A DNA stretch of 64,000 bases. Source: a plasmid. How positions within the stretch are numbered: position 1 is the first letter of the stretch; every line of letters begins with the position of its first letter. Below the pieces are notes generated by a model. The model was not told where the DNA came from. It did not search any database and worked only from the letters and a program-made list of their open reading frames with translations. Position numbers and translations under genes: made by a program. The DNA is taken from sequence record NZ_CP022071.1; one strand, written 5' to 3'. Positions 40,263-50,200 of the stretch are shown here, piece by piece.

Positions 40263-40820
40263 ATGAAAAAAATCGTTCTGTCCTCACTGCTGCTGTCCGC
40301 AGCCGGGCTGGCTGCCGTACCGGTGGCACAGGCTGACACCCATTCCGTGTCGGTGGGATATGCCCAGAGCCGGATAGAGCATTTTAAGGATATCCGTGGG
40401 GTGAACCTGAAATACCGCTATGAGGCTCAGACGCCGCTGGGACTGATGGCGTCGTTCAGTTGGCAGTCAGGTAAGCGCGGAGAGTCCGGTGGCATTCCTG
40501 GCGGAATGAGCTGGCGTGATGATGTGAAGGCGACGTACTGGTCGCTGATGGCGGGTCCGGCTGTCCGTGTGAACGAGCTGGTATCTCTGTATGCACTGGC
40601 CGGTGCCGGTACCGGCAGGGCTGAAGTGAAAGAGCGTATCAGCATGCCGGGATACAACGGGCGGTTCACGGGTTCGGAGCGCAGAACGGGGTTTGCCTGG
40701 GGAGCCGGCGTACAGTTTAATCCGGTGGAAAATGTGGTCATCGATCTGGGCTATGAGGGAAGTAAAGTTGGCGCAGCGAAACTGAACGGCGTTAACGTTG
40801 GTGTCGGTTACCGGTTCTGA
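40263..40820 (+). CDS. rck: Rck complement-resistance outer membrane protein (Ail/Lom/OmpX family)
   Basis: 185 aa, MKKIVLSSLLLSAAGLAAVPVAQA...VGVGYRF beta-barrel. Confidence 0.95.
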   Translation: MKKIVLSSLLLSAAGLAAVPVAQADTHSVSVGYAQSRIEHFKDIRGVNLKYRYEAQTPLGLMASFSWQSGKRGESGGIPGGMSWRDDVKATYWSLMAGPAVRVNELVSLYALAGAGTGRAEVKERISMPGYNGRFTGSERRTGFAWGAGVQFNPVENVVIDLGYEGSKVGAAKLNGVNVGVGYRF

Positions 40821-41086
40821 TAACGGAGAGCAGGAAAGGGAGCGGAGCCGCAGGCTTCCGCTCCCGGTCAGATATGATGAAAAACATAACATTCAGCGCA
40901 TCTTTTTTCAGGGAATTATTCTGGTTTGTGGTGATGGCAGGAAGCTGGTTTGTGGTGTGGTACATGCCCGGGCTGCTGCAGCACTACTACTGACAACCAC
41001 AGGCCCCGGCATCACCCGGCCGGGGCTTCAGGGGGGGAGAGCAGTACAAACACCGGCCCCGTCATGGGAGGGAATGGCAGGTAATA

Positions 41087-41845
41087 ATGGAGCTGGATAA
41101 ATATCTTCTTTTTTTCCTGGCAGGAGGATCAACCTTCAATCAGGGAAAGGCATTTTCATTTCGTTGCGCTCAGGACAGTATTGTCCTGACGAAAGTGCAT
41201 CAGACAGAGATGCATTTTTACCGGTGGTACCATCATGTGGTGATAACAAGGGAAACGCTGTGCCGGTTTGCCCGGCAGCTGGATGTGGATGTTCTTAAAT
41301 TTTATATCCCGAAAGACATCCCCCGGTACCTTGTGCAGCCTTGCCCAGAGGACTCTGTGTTCCGTCCGTTGATGGTGAGACTCTGTGCCGGAACGGATAA
41401 CAGTTACGGAGAGACCGGACCAGAGAATCCGTTCCTGACGTTTGCACTGGTATCGGCCTTTTGTGAGCAGGATATTTTTTTCCCTTTCCTGAAGACATGC
41501 CTGAAACAAAGTATGGCAGACCAGGTGGCTACGGTGATAAACCGGAATGTGAGTGAAAACTGGACCATACACCGGGTTGCCGGCGAGCTGTATGTCAGTG
41601 TCAGCCTGTTAAAGAAAAAACTGAAAGAGGAGAATACATCCTACACACGTATTCTGCTGGAATGCAGGATGAAAAAAGCATCGGAGTTAATTGTTATGCA
41701 GGAGGGGGCGGTCAAGAAAGTGGCATATCAGTGCGGGTACAGTAGTGTGCCGTATTTTATCAGCCAGTTCAGGAAATATTACGGATACACGCCTTCAAGA
41801 TGCAAGCCTGACGGAAATTTATTTTATAGTTTTATTGCAAAATAA
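41087..41845 (+). CDS. srgC: SrgC AraC-family regulator
   Basis: C-terminal AraC HTH (...YQCGYSSVPYFISQFRKYYGYTPS); start uncertain. Confidence 0.8.
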   Translation: MELDKYLLFFLAGGSTFNQGKAFSFRCAQDSIVLTKVHQTEMHFYRWYHHVVITRETLCRFARQLDVDVLKFYIPKDIPRYLVQPCPEDSVFRPLMVRLCAGTDNSYGETGPENPFLTFALVSAFCEQDIFFPFLKTCLKQSMADQVATVINRNVSENWTIHRVAGELYVSVSLLKKKLKEENTSYTRILLECRMKKASELIVMQEGAVKKVAYQCGYSSVPYFISQFRKYYGYTPSRCKPDGNLFYSFIAK

Positions 41846-41928
41846 CAGTAAAACCGTCGTATAACATCCGGCTGCAATCCGGGGTTGTAACTTCTGGCAT
41901 AAAGGCTCCAATCCTCAAGCCATGGAGA

Positions 41929-42139
41929 CGCCGCTTCATCCTCAGGACGCTGCCGTGCGGGTGAAGCGGTAAAACAGATTCGGTTCACTGACTATCCACA
42001 GCGTGTCCCGGTCATCTGAGGTTATCCCCTCCGCCTGCGGGATATCGCTTCGCAGGCCGCAGAGTCCCCGGTGCAGCGACATCACTTTCCTCCCGCCGTC
42101 CAGGTCCGACACCACGACCACGGCAGACTCATGAGAATT
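41929..42139. repeat. inverted repeat copy 2 (duplicated srgB 3' end, minus orientation; includes ORF 41942..42238)
   Basis: Encodes ...SHESAVVVVSDLDGGRKVMSLHRGLCGLRSDIPQAEGITSDDRDTLWIVSEPNLFYRFTRTAAS, identical to the SrgB C-terminus apart from a G to D change. Confidence 0.8.
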
Positions 42140-42267
42140 GAGTTTGTAGTGCGTTCTGAGCAATTTTTTCTGCTTTGCTGGTACTTTCTGTTTAAAACGG
42201 TTCTGAGTGGCTCCTGTTACGTTCAGGGGATGGAGCAAAAGGAACGTATGACGTCACGGTAGCTAAA

Positions 42268-42331
42268 ATTGTCAACTGCTGAATCGCGGGGTCCCGCGCC
42301 TTTGGCGTGGGTTCCGATTCAGTGGTTGACA
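42268..42331. other. large imperfect hairpin (18-bp arms TTGTCAACTGCTGAATCG / CGATTCAGTGGTTGACAA) with a nested CGCGGG-GT-CCCGCG palindrome
   Basis: Read directly from the sequence, just beyond the oriR-distal side of the RepFIIA replicon. Candidate single-strand initiation or structural site. Confidence 0.35.
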
Positions 42332-42699
42332 ACTGCATATAAAATACCCTGCTGGCGGGGTGATGGTTCACGTAGTGGGCCATCGCCCTGCAAAGCCAGA
42401 CGGGACATAACGCCACTCAGTAATTTAGTTACATCATTCATTATTAAAAGCGACTCCATTCCGGCCCTTTGGGCCGGGGCGGCGGCGCTTTTCAGTGGTG
42501 GGAATGGGCTGGATATCAGGTTTTTGCTCCGGTTTCGTTGGTCAGGATTTTGGATGTTGTAACTATTTGCATGACCGGGGCCTGGCGCGTCGCGACGGGA
42601 GGTACTAATGTTGTTTCCGAACCGGCGCGGACGTGAGTCCGCTGCAAGGGCGGGCATTCTCTGGAACCTGTCCACAGGGCAGGTGATGAATAGGTTATT

Positions 42700-43000
42700 T
42701 ATTTATAAGAGAGAAAGATTATGTATTTAAAAGAAGTACAGATCTGGGGTTTAAAGGAAACCACGCACTTTGAAATCAGGTCGCCTGGCGCTTTGTCAGT
42801 ATATCGGTTGTAACTTTATGGAAAGGTCCCTTGCAGTTATCTGTGAGTAACTGAATATTGCGACCGGAAATGGCTCAGGCGGGAACATTTCTGGCCATTC
42901 TGGCAGCAGAATGAGAGATATTTTGGCAGGAAGAACGAGCGTTCCGCGCAGAAAACAGGCGGCACCCGGCGACAGACGTACAAAATCCTCCGACGTCAGC
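42700..43000 (-). other. RepFIIA oriR region (approximate)
   Basis: Non-coding stretch immediately downstream of repA1, as in R1/R100. Exact oriR signals not identified. Confidence 0.3.
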
Positions 43001-43022
43001 CGGATTTTCATAATCTGGTGGG

Positions 43023-43892
43023 TTATATGGGGACGGTGGCCATGGTCAGTCGCGTGTAGTTTTTGCCCCGCGACATCATCATGCGCTCTTTCACGCGCCG
43101 CTGCAGCTCCCGCTTCATGGCATCAAGCCCGCCGGTAAAGCGTCCGCTGGCGTATTCCCGCGTCAGCTGCTGTTTCACCAGTGTTTCGATGTCCTTACGG
43201 CTTCTGTCCGCGTCACGCCGCGCCCGGGCGCGTTTCAGTCCGTGCAGTTTACGTTCAGACTGGTAGCTGCGGAACCGTTCGCGCACAAATCGCCAGGCTT
43301 TCGCTATCAGTTCATCCATCTCCAGCGGCTCCAGATTCTGCTTTTTGCGCTGCTGATTTTCCCATTCGACACGACTGCGGCGGGCGGCCATAACAGCCAC
43401 GTCAGAAACGTCGAGCGCGGAGAACAGTGCCGGCGTGAAGGTGATATCGGTCGGGATGTTGCAGCCAATCTGCGGATCGTACTCGGTCTGGTAGGTAATC
43501 AGCCCCAGCTCTGCCATAAACTTCAGCGCCCGTGTGGCGCGGGTGATGGACAGATTACCACTTTTTGACTCAGTGGCCAGACCGCACTCTATAGCCAGAT
43601 TGGTGATGGATCTCTGTACACGGTTGGCCAGTGGATCATAATGGAAGCACAACCCCTGAAGCAGCGCATCGATGGCACGACGGCGCAGCAAAGGCGGCAT
43701 CCGGTGACGCTTTCCCAGCGAACGAACGAACGCCACATGGACGGAAAAATCAAAACGGGACGTGAACCCTTCGGCTTTCGCCATCAGCTTACGACAGAAC
43801 GGCAGGGTCTTTTTCCCTTCTCTCGGCGTGAATTCCGGATTCGGATTTTTGACCTGTCGGTAATGAGTGAACAGTGTTCGGGTGTCAGTCAC
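43023..43892 (-). CDS. repA1: RepA1 replication initiator (IncFIIA)
   Basis: ...[39 protein letters not shown]...[24 protein letters not shown] is near-identical to R100/R1 RepA1. The probable start is the second GTG (VTD...), overlapping the tap stop. Confidence 0.9.
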   Translation of the reverse strand: MTDTRTLFTHYRQVKNPNPEFTPREGKKTLPFCRKLMAKAEGFTSRFDFSVHVAFVRSLGKRHRMPPLLRRRAIDALLQGLCFHYDPLANRVQRSITNLAIECGLATESKSGNLSITRATRALKFMAELGLITYQTEYDPQIGCNIPTDITFTPALFSALDVSDVAVMAARRSRVEWENQQRKKQNLEPLEMDELIAKAWRFVRERFRSYQSERKLHGLKRARARRDADRSRKDIETLVKQQLTREYASGRFTGGLDAMKRELQRRVKERMMMSRGKNYTRLTMATVPI

Positions 43893-43963
43893 TTCTGCCT
43901 GCACTTACAATGCACGGAAGGAGTAAATGCCACAGAAACAAGTATTGAAATTTTCTGAGCATA
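43886..43963 (-). CDS. tap: tap (repA6) leader peptide
   Basis: Hand-translated 25-codon [28 protein letters not shown] whose stop overlaps the repA1 start. Confidence 0.45.
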
Positions 43964-43964
43964 A

Positions 43965-44070
43965 AACTATACTCCCTGCATAGCCTGATTGGTGGCTATA
44001 CAGTTTAAGTAGGCCCCGTTAATCTTTCGTTCCCGCCAAGAAATGAGAAGATTATCGGGGTTTTTGCTTT
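43965..44070 (+). ncRNA. copA: CopA-like antisense RNA controlling repA1
   Basis: Lies opposite the repA leader. Stem-loop AATCTT...CGCCAA...AAGATT at 44021-44053 (loop CGCCAA as in CopA/CopT), followed by GGGGTTTTTGCTTTTCT. The 5' end was not mapped. Confidence 0.5.
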
Positions 44071-44211
44071 TCTGGTCCCGGGTAGACACCTCATCAGAAC
44101 CAGTTCCCTGCCACCTTACGGCGTGGCCAGCCATCAAAATTCTTTAGACGATCAGCAATCTAACACTCACTGACGAGACGATCAAGAAAGTTACTCATTC
44201 ACCTTCTTATC

Positions 44212-44457
44212 TCAGGCTCTTTTAGCCATTTCCCGTTCAATTAGTAGCTCAATCATTTGAGCCTGAGTAGTTCCAGTCTCTTCACAAAGCTGCTGCAAGC
44301 TTTCTTTATGTATGTTTTGTATGAAAACATTGAGCTCTTTATGCGTCGTCTTTTTTCGTGAAATAGATAATCTCTTCTTCTCAGCGGAAGATAAGGGATT
44401 ACCCTTTCTGTAAATGCGTTTCGATGAGGAAGTTACTGCATTTTCAATCTGCGACAT
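44212..44457 (-). CDS. repA2: RepA2 / CopB transcriptional repressor of repA
   Basis: MSQIENAVTSSSKRIYRKGNPLSSAEKKRLSISRKKTTHKELNVF... is CopB-like; the ORF track starts 7 codons upstream. Confidence 0.85.
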   Translation of the reverse strand: MSQIENAVTSSSKRIYRKGNPLSSAEKKRLSISRKKTTHKELNVFIQNIHKESLQQLCEETGTTQAQMIELLIEREMAKRA

Positions 44458-44656
44458 CTCTGCCTCCTCAAGGATCAAACCTGGATCGTTTGCAGAGAAT
44501 ACTACAGATTTCTAAAATCAGCGACTTACTTTATGAACGTAACCTGTGTTGGCGCACGGTTTACGTTTCAGGATCGTTTCCTGGGATGTCAGTACGTCTG
44601 TTTCCAGTCCGTTCCCTGCGCCCAGCGGGATGTCCAGTGGTTCAGGTAGCTGCGGG

Positions 44657-45155
44657 CTAGGACTGAGTCATCCCAGACGACAGCACGTTCTCCGAATTCG
44701 AACGGTCTGCTGCACGGGAATAATTAAACGATCCCACTTCGGTGTGGCGACCGTCGCTGACGATCACTTTGTCATGAAGAATTTTGTACACACTGACGGT
44801 ACGAACCGGAATGCCGGCACTGGTCAGCAGGTTCATTGTCACCCTGCTGGCGTTATTGTTTTTCCCGGTATTGGCTTTCCAGTCCAGTCCCCCCCCCTGA
44901 CATCCACTCCCCGACGTTTTGCACTAATAAGAGCGCCAGCCACCTCCGGAGAGGTGAAGGAATACTCCATCAGCCGGATATTATGTTGCGCAGCCTCAAT
45001 AGTCTTAAGAACCAGCTGCTTGCGCTGCCCTCCGGTGAAAAACCGGCCTGAACGGACGGTGCCGCAATAGCTGGCAGGGAGCCCAGCAGGGATAAACACG
45101 CAAGTGTGACCAACGTCAATCCATGACCTTTCCTGAGTCTCATTATGTACCTCAT
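44657..45155 (-). pseudogene. nuc: PLD-family periplasmic endonuclease (Nuc-like, HKD motif) gene broken by frameshifts, one at a 9-nt C/G homopolymer
   Basis: ORF 44970..45155 = signal peptide plus PSVQAGFSPEGSAS; ORF 44839..45099 = ...IEAAQHNIRLMEYSFTSPEVAGALISAKRRGVDVR; ORF 44657..44842 = ...YKILHDKVIVSDGRHTEVGSFNYS (HxK...D...GSxN). Three different frames. A C9 run lies at about 44890-44898 (my indexing there may be off by 1). Confidence 0.6.
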
Positions 45156-45432
45156 ATAAACTTGATTAGAGTAGTGATTTTATTACTTCAGAAACGCCGG
45201 AATCGGGGGAAACTCGTTTTTCCCGGATTGCCGGGGCTGGACAACGACGCGAGCGGCGGAGGCGTCAGGATAAATTGTTATTGCCTTCCCTAGTGGTGGC
45301 ACGATCATTACGCTCCATCCCGGCCAGAATCAGCACGGCCGCGTTTTCCAGAGTTTCCTGTCCCGCGCCGCCCGGTATCATTGTCACGTTCTTCTCCGTG
45401 GCCTCCTTAACCGGCATCATTATCATCACCGG

Positions 45433-45717
45433 CTAGCCCTGCAGCGCAAGCGTATGTGCCAGTCGGTTACTGCCATCCAGTATGCTTTTCGTGTTCACGT
45501 TTCCACCCCTGATTTTATGCCCTTTCAGGGCGGCGGCCGCCGCACTACTGATATCTTCACTGGTGAGCGCGCCTTCATAATGACTGGTGGCAAAAATACC
45601 GTTGTGATACGCAAGCCAGGCATCCGCCCTCGCTGATTTCCAGATTTCCAGCCCCTTCTGTGCGGCTTTCAGCGAGTTTTCCCACTGCTGTACAAATGTG
45701 GGCCAGTACTTAAACAC
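45433..45717 (-). CDS. hypothetical protein (possibly a fragment)
   Basis: 94-aa ORF. The minus-strand frame downstream (45240-45430) also looks coding, so a frameshift is possible. Confidence 0.25.
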   Translation of the reverse strand: MFKYWPTFVQQWENSLKAAQKGLEIWKSARADAWLAYHNGIFATSHYEGALTSEDISSAAAAALKGHKIRGGNVNTKSILDGSNRLAHTLALQG

Positions 45718-45831
45718 ATAGCGGACCTGCGGCCTAGCTTCACAGCCTGCAATCGGGGTAAGGCCGGTGCCACGCCGTACAGACGGTCTTTCTGTTTCAT
45801 CCGTTCACTCATTATACTGGGCTTCTCCGGT

Positions 45832-46395
45832 TCAGACCGTCTGCGCCAGCACCGCGCGGAGTTCCGCTTTTCTGGCGTTCTGCGCCCGGACCTTTGCCAG
45901 TCGCGCCAGCGCGTACTGTTCTTCCTCCACGGTAATATGCTCCGTCACATACCCTTCCGTGTCATATCGGCAGGCCCCGGCTTTCATCGCGCTGAGATAT
46001 GCTTCAGAACGGGCAATCGCTTTCAGCGCACGGATTATCTTTTTGTGTGACAGCGGGATACCACGCCTGGAGGCGTCCTCAAACAGCGCCTCACGCACGC
46101 CACAGGCGAAAAGACGGGGCGTGTCGCCGTCAAACAGCCCCGGCCACCAGGGTTTCAGCGTGCTGACCGCTTCCTCCACTGACTGAAATCGCAGGTAGAT
46201 GGACAGATCTTTTCTTGCCCGGGCTTTTTTTTCTGCCAGTGACGCTTCCCGGACAGCCCTGTCAGCCAGCTGCTGTTTCTTCACCTTCCACTTCGGGGGC
46301 GTGGTGACGTTAATAATGGTTTTGCGGCTGCGGGCCGGCGCTTCCCCATCCGTTTTCCGTTTCAGTGTCAGTACCGGTCGTTTCTGCTCAGTCAT
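45832..46395 (-). CDS. finO: FinO fertility-inhibition RNA chaperone
   Basis: [43 protein letters not shown]... is near-identical to F/R100 FinO; start taken at MTEQ (the ORF track starts 17 codons upstream). Confidence 0.9.
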   Translation of the reverse strand: MTEQKRPVLTLKRKTDGEAPARSRKTIINVTTPPKWKVKKQQLADRAVREASLAEKKARARKDLSIYLRFQSVEEAVSTLKPWWPGLFDGDTPRLFACGVREALFEDASRRGIPLSHKKIIRALKAIARSEAYLSAMKAGACRYDTEGYVTEHITVEEEQYALARLAKVRAQNARKAELRAVLAQTV

Positions 46396-46449
46396 GCTGT
46401 ATGCTGCCCCTGCCAAATCCTGCTCATACCGCCAAAGATACCACACCCG

Positions 46450-47190
46450 TCACATCGCCAGAACGCCCAGGGCAGCCAGATGGCAGGTGTAGAATACCGG
46501 GAAAAAATCAGCCGGCCAGAACCGGGGCCGTGATTTGCCTGTCAGCGAAACAAGCCATACCGTCAGCCCGGTCACCAGAAGTCCTGCCACCGCCGCGGCA
46601 TCACTGGTGACCAGATTCAGCGCGGGGACGGCCACCACTAGGCAGGCCGCAAGCGCCAGATGTTCTTCAGTATCTGTGGTCCGGTACAGCCGGTAACAGA
46701 TGACCAGCACCAGCACGCCGGCAACGCCGTAGCTGGTTCCGGACAGGGGTATCCACGCCGTCAGCAGTAACAGCGCGGCCGCAGAGTGAAACAGGCAGCG
46801 CTGCTCACACCACTTCAGCGCCTGCGCGGTCACCGCAAAGGCAAACAGAATATTCCCTTCATACCACGGAAATCCCGCCAGAAAATATCCGGACTGCGCG
46901 ATAACCGCCCATCCCCACAGCCGGTTAATCGCAGACTGGCGGATATGCGTATGCTGGGACAGGTTCAGCCCCCACACCAGGGCAAACAGCGGAAACGCCC
47001 CGCGCCCGGCCAGAAACAGCCACTCTTGGTTCAGGTGCAGGATACGGTTAATATGGTCAGCCACCATCAGCAGCAGCGCCACGGTTTTGATGAGATCTCT
47101 CTGTCCCGGCGACCAGGCCAGCAGTCGCTGCAGCCGGGTATCCACCCGGACTGCCCGCGAATCGTTACGTGTGGCGTTATCCATCGTCAT
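46450..47190 (-). CDS. traX: TraX F-pilin acetylase
   Basis: 246-aa polytopic membrane protein placed between traI and finO, as in F. Confidence 0.85.
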   Translation of the reverse strand: MTMDNATRNDSRAVRVDTRLQRLLAWSPGQRDLIKTVALLLMVADHINRILHLNQEWLFLAGRGAFPLFALVWGLNLSQHTHIRQSAINRLWGWAVIAQSGYFLAGFPWYEGNILFAFAVTAQALKWCEQRCLFHSAAALLLLTAWIPLSGTSYGVAGVLVLVICYRLYRTTDTEEHLALAACLVVAVPALNLVTSDAAAVAGLLVTGLTVWLVSLTGKSRPRFWPADFFPVFYTCHLAALGVLAM

Positions 47191-47209
47191 CGTGGTTTAT
47201 CTTCCCGTA

Positions 47210-50200
47210 TCAGTCCCCGCCAGGGGTTTTCTCTTTCTGCAGGTCACGCACCATCTCCTGCTCCATCTGCTGCAGCCGCTCCCGGCCCCGGTTTTCCCGC
47301 GCCACTTCCCGGATGGTCTCCCGCTCCCTTTGTGGTTCGCGCAGCACACTCTCCGGCAGCGGGGGTTCCCGTTCAGGCGGGGTCATTCTGTCCTGCTCCT
47401 GGCCGGCAATCTCCCTGACCGCCTGCGCGGTTTTCTCCTCCGGCAGGTCAGATTTGTCCTCAGCCATTTTACGGACAATCTCATCCGCACGGCGTTCTGT
47501 TTCACGGCGGACTGCCTCTTCTGCCTGCCGCTGTGCCAGAATCTCTGCCGTGACCGGCTCCCCGTTCCCCGCGCCGGGCTGCACGTTACTGTCAGGAATA
47601 TCGCCCCACACCCTGCCGCCGGTAATGGCGACGGGATTCCATGGACGCCCGTCACCGACAATTCGCACCACCACGCCGCTGTCGGGGTTCTCCCGGGCAA
47701 TCCGGACGCCATCCTGCATGCTACCAGCCAGCAGGCTTTCGCCGTTACGACTGCCCTGCAGGGCCACAAACTGCGCCTCTTCACTGCCTTTCACCCGACC
47801 TTCCCCGGTGAATCCCCGCAGCCCGGCACCGTCATCCGTTGTCAGCGGGTTCAGCCAGATACCGGCGGATTTACCGTTACGGTCAAACGCCGGCAGCGCC
47901 ACATACGGCTGCGGATACTTGCGCCCCGGTGCAATAAAACGCGCCCGGCTGTCTCCCTGCGCCAGTCCGGCGTTGCGCAGCACGGCACGGCCGGCGGCCA
48001 CGTCCCGCAGTTCCCGGGCGGTGCTGAACAGGCGCTCTGCGTTCATCATCTCACGCTCTGATTTAGGCTCCAGCACGTCATGGGCCGTGCCCTTTTGCTC
48101 CGCACTGTTGATGGCCTTAACCCAACCCTGACGGTCGTCGGTGTACACCTGCACATGCTGCTTCATACGCGACAGCGCCACATACGCCGACTCAAAACCG
48201 GCCATCTGTTTCCGGCCCCCTTCGGTTCCCTCCAGCGCAATGGCAAACGTCTCACTGGCCCCCTGCGCACTGTGGGCGGTGATGGCATACGCCAGGTCAA
48301 TATGTTGCTCTGCCCTGTCCTGCCCGGGACGCACCACGCGGGTCTGTTTCCCGTCTGACAGCGTGACGCTGTCACCGGAAACCGCCGTCACCGTCCAGAC
48401 GCTGTTGGCCACATACCCGCGTTCCCTGTCACTCTTCGTGAAACGCATCCGGTCACCGGCCCCCACCCGGATAGTTTCCGGATTGTATAGTGTGACGCCC
48501 TCTGCCGCTGCTTCCCGGGGGGAAATAAGGCGGGTGTTACCCGCCTTATCTTCCAGGGTAATCAGCCCGTCCTCCTTACTGATACCGGCAATCCGGTGAT
48601 ACACATTATCCACCAGGGCCAGCGCCCCCGGATGCGCCTCCCAGGTGGACAGACGGCGCAGTTCCCCGTCACGGATATTCGCGGTGGTCAGTACAGGGAC
48701 AGTGACCTGCTGCTCACCCGGTTTCGCCAGCGCATCCTGAATCATGCTGTTCAGCACCCGACGGTCCTCATTCAGATGCGTGACAATCAGCGTCTGCTCC
48801 CGGGCTTCCGGCGTTCTGCCGGTATAGTCGCGGACAATGGCCTCATACAGCGTCACGGGCACATCCGGAAAGGCTTCGCCCTTTTTCTCCGCCTCCTGTG
48901 CGGCTTTCGCCAGTTCCCGCTCCTGCAGACGGCTGAACTCCGTCACCGAGTTTTCCGGCGCCCATGCCCCCTTCAGGCGGGGAACCTGAACCGGCTTCAC
49001 GTTTTCAAGCCCGGACAGTGCCTTATTCACATCCCGGTTAATCAGGCTGTACACGGCGTCCCGCAGTTCCGGTGTCTGGCGTACAATCTCCTTCATGATG
49101 GCCACATCAGCCGCGCTGCGCGTCTGCTGCAGGCGGAAAGGCTGGCCGGGTGCGATGGCCTGCAGCTGGTCCGTGTCACCGCTCGCCACGGCACGACCAC
49201 CACCGGCCGCAATCAGGGCGTATGCCCGCGCCATATCGGTGTTGCCCACCATCGAACTCTCATCAAGGAGGAACAGCGTGTTGCTGAAATCCGGCGTTTC
49301 ACCGCTGCGCTGCTGCAGTTGCGTGTCGTGCAGAAAGGACGCCAGCGTCTGTGCTTCCACGCCGGCACTGCGCATCTCCCCGACCGCCCTGTGGGTCGGT
49401 CCCAGCCCCACGACGCGGGGACGCTCACTCTCCGGCAGCAGGTTCACCGCTGACATCACCGCCCGGAACTGGGTGGTCTTGCCCACCCCGGCATAACCCT
49501 GTACCACGGTGAAACGGTCTTTCGTTTCGAGTATCATACGGGTGGCGGCACGCTGTCCGGATGTCAGAGTCTCCATGAGTTCGCCGGGTACCCTCTCCAT
49601 CAGTGGCGTGACCGCCTCCTTGCCCTCAAGGATATGATGCAGAATACTCTTTTCAGCGTCATACGACGCACGGGAAATCAGCAGGTCTGTGCCATAACCT
49701 TTTGCCACATCCACATACAGTAAATCGCCCCGTTTTATCTGCGCATCAATTTCCCGTCCCAGGTCAGCAAAACCGGTTCCCTCTGCAGCAAACGACTTCG
49801 CCTCCGTCAGCAGGTCCACCTGACTGAATGCCAGGTTTTTACTTTCCACCACCGGAAGGGCAAGGTGAATGGCCTGCTGTGCCGGCGTGTGAAGCCCGGC
49901 TTTCTGGCGGCTGATGGCGGTTTCCAGCGATACCTCACCGGCACGCGCCTTTATCTGCTCAGAAACGACCGTAAAAGACGGGTGACGGGAGAGTTTTTCA
50001 GCAGTGCGGGTCTCATCCAGTGAGGAATACAGCCGGACATCCCGGCCGCTGCGGGCCAGACTGTTCAGGGTGGCGTTGTCCATCGCCATCTGTGTGACGG
50101 AAGCAAAAACTTTCGCACTGTCACTGACGGAATGCCCGGGTGTTTCCACCCAGCCGTTTTCCAGCTTCAGCGCCGTGAACGGGGAATCCCCCACCGGCAG

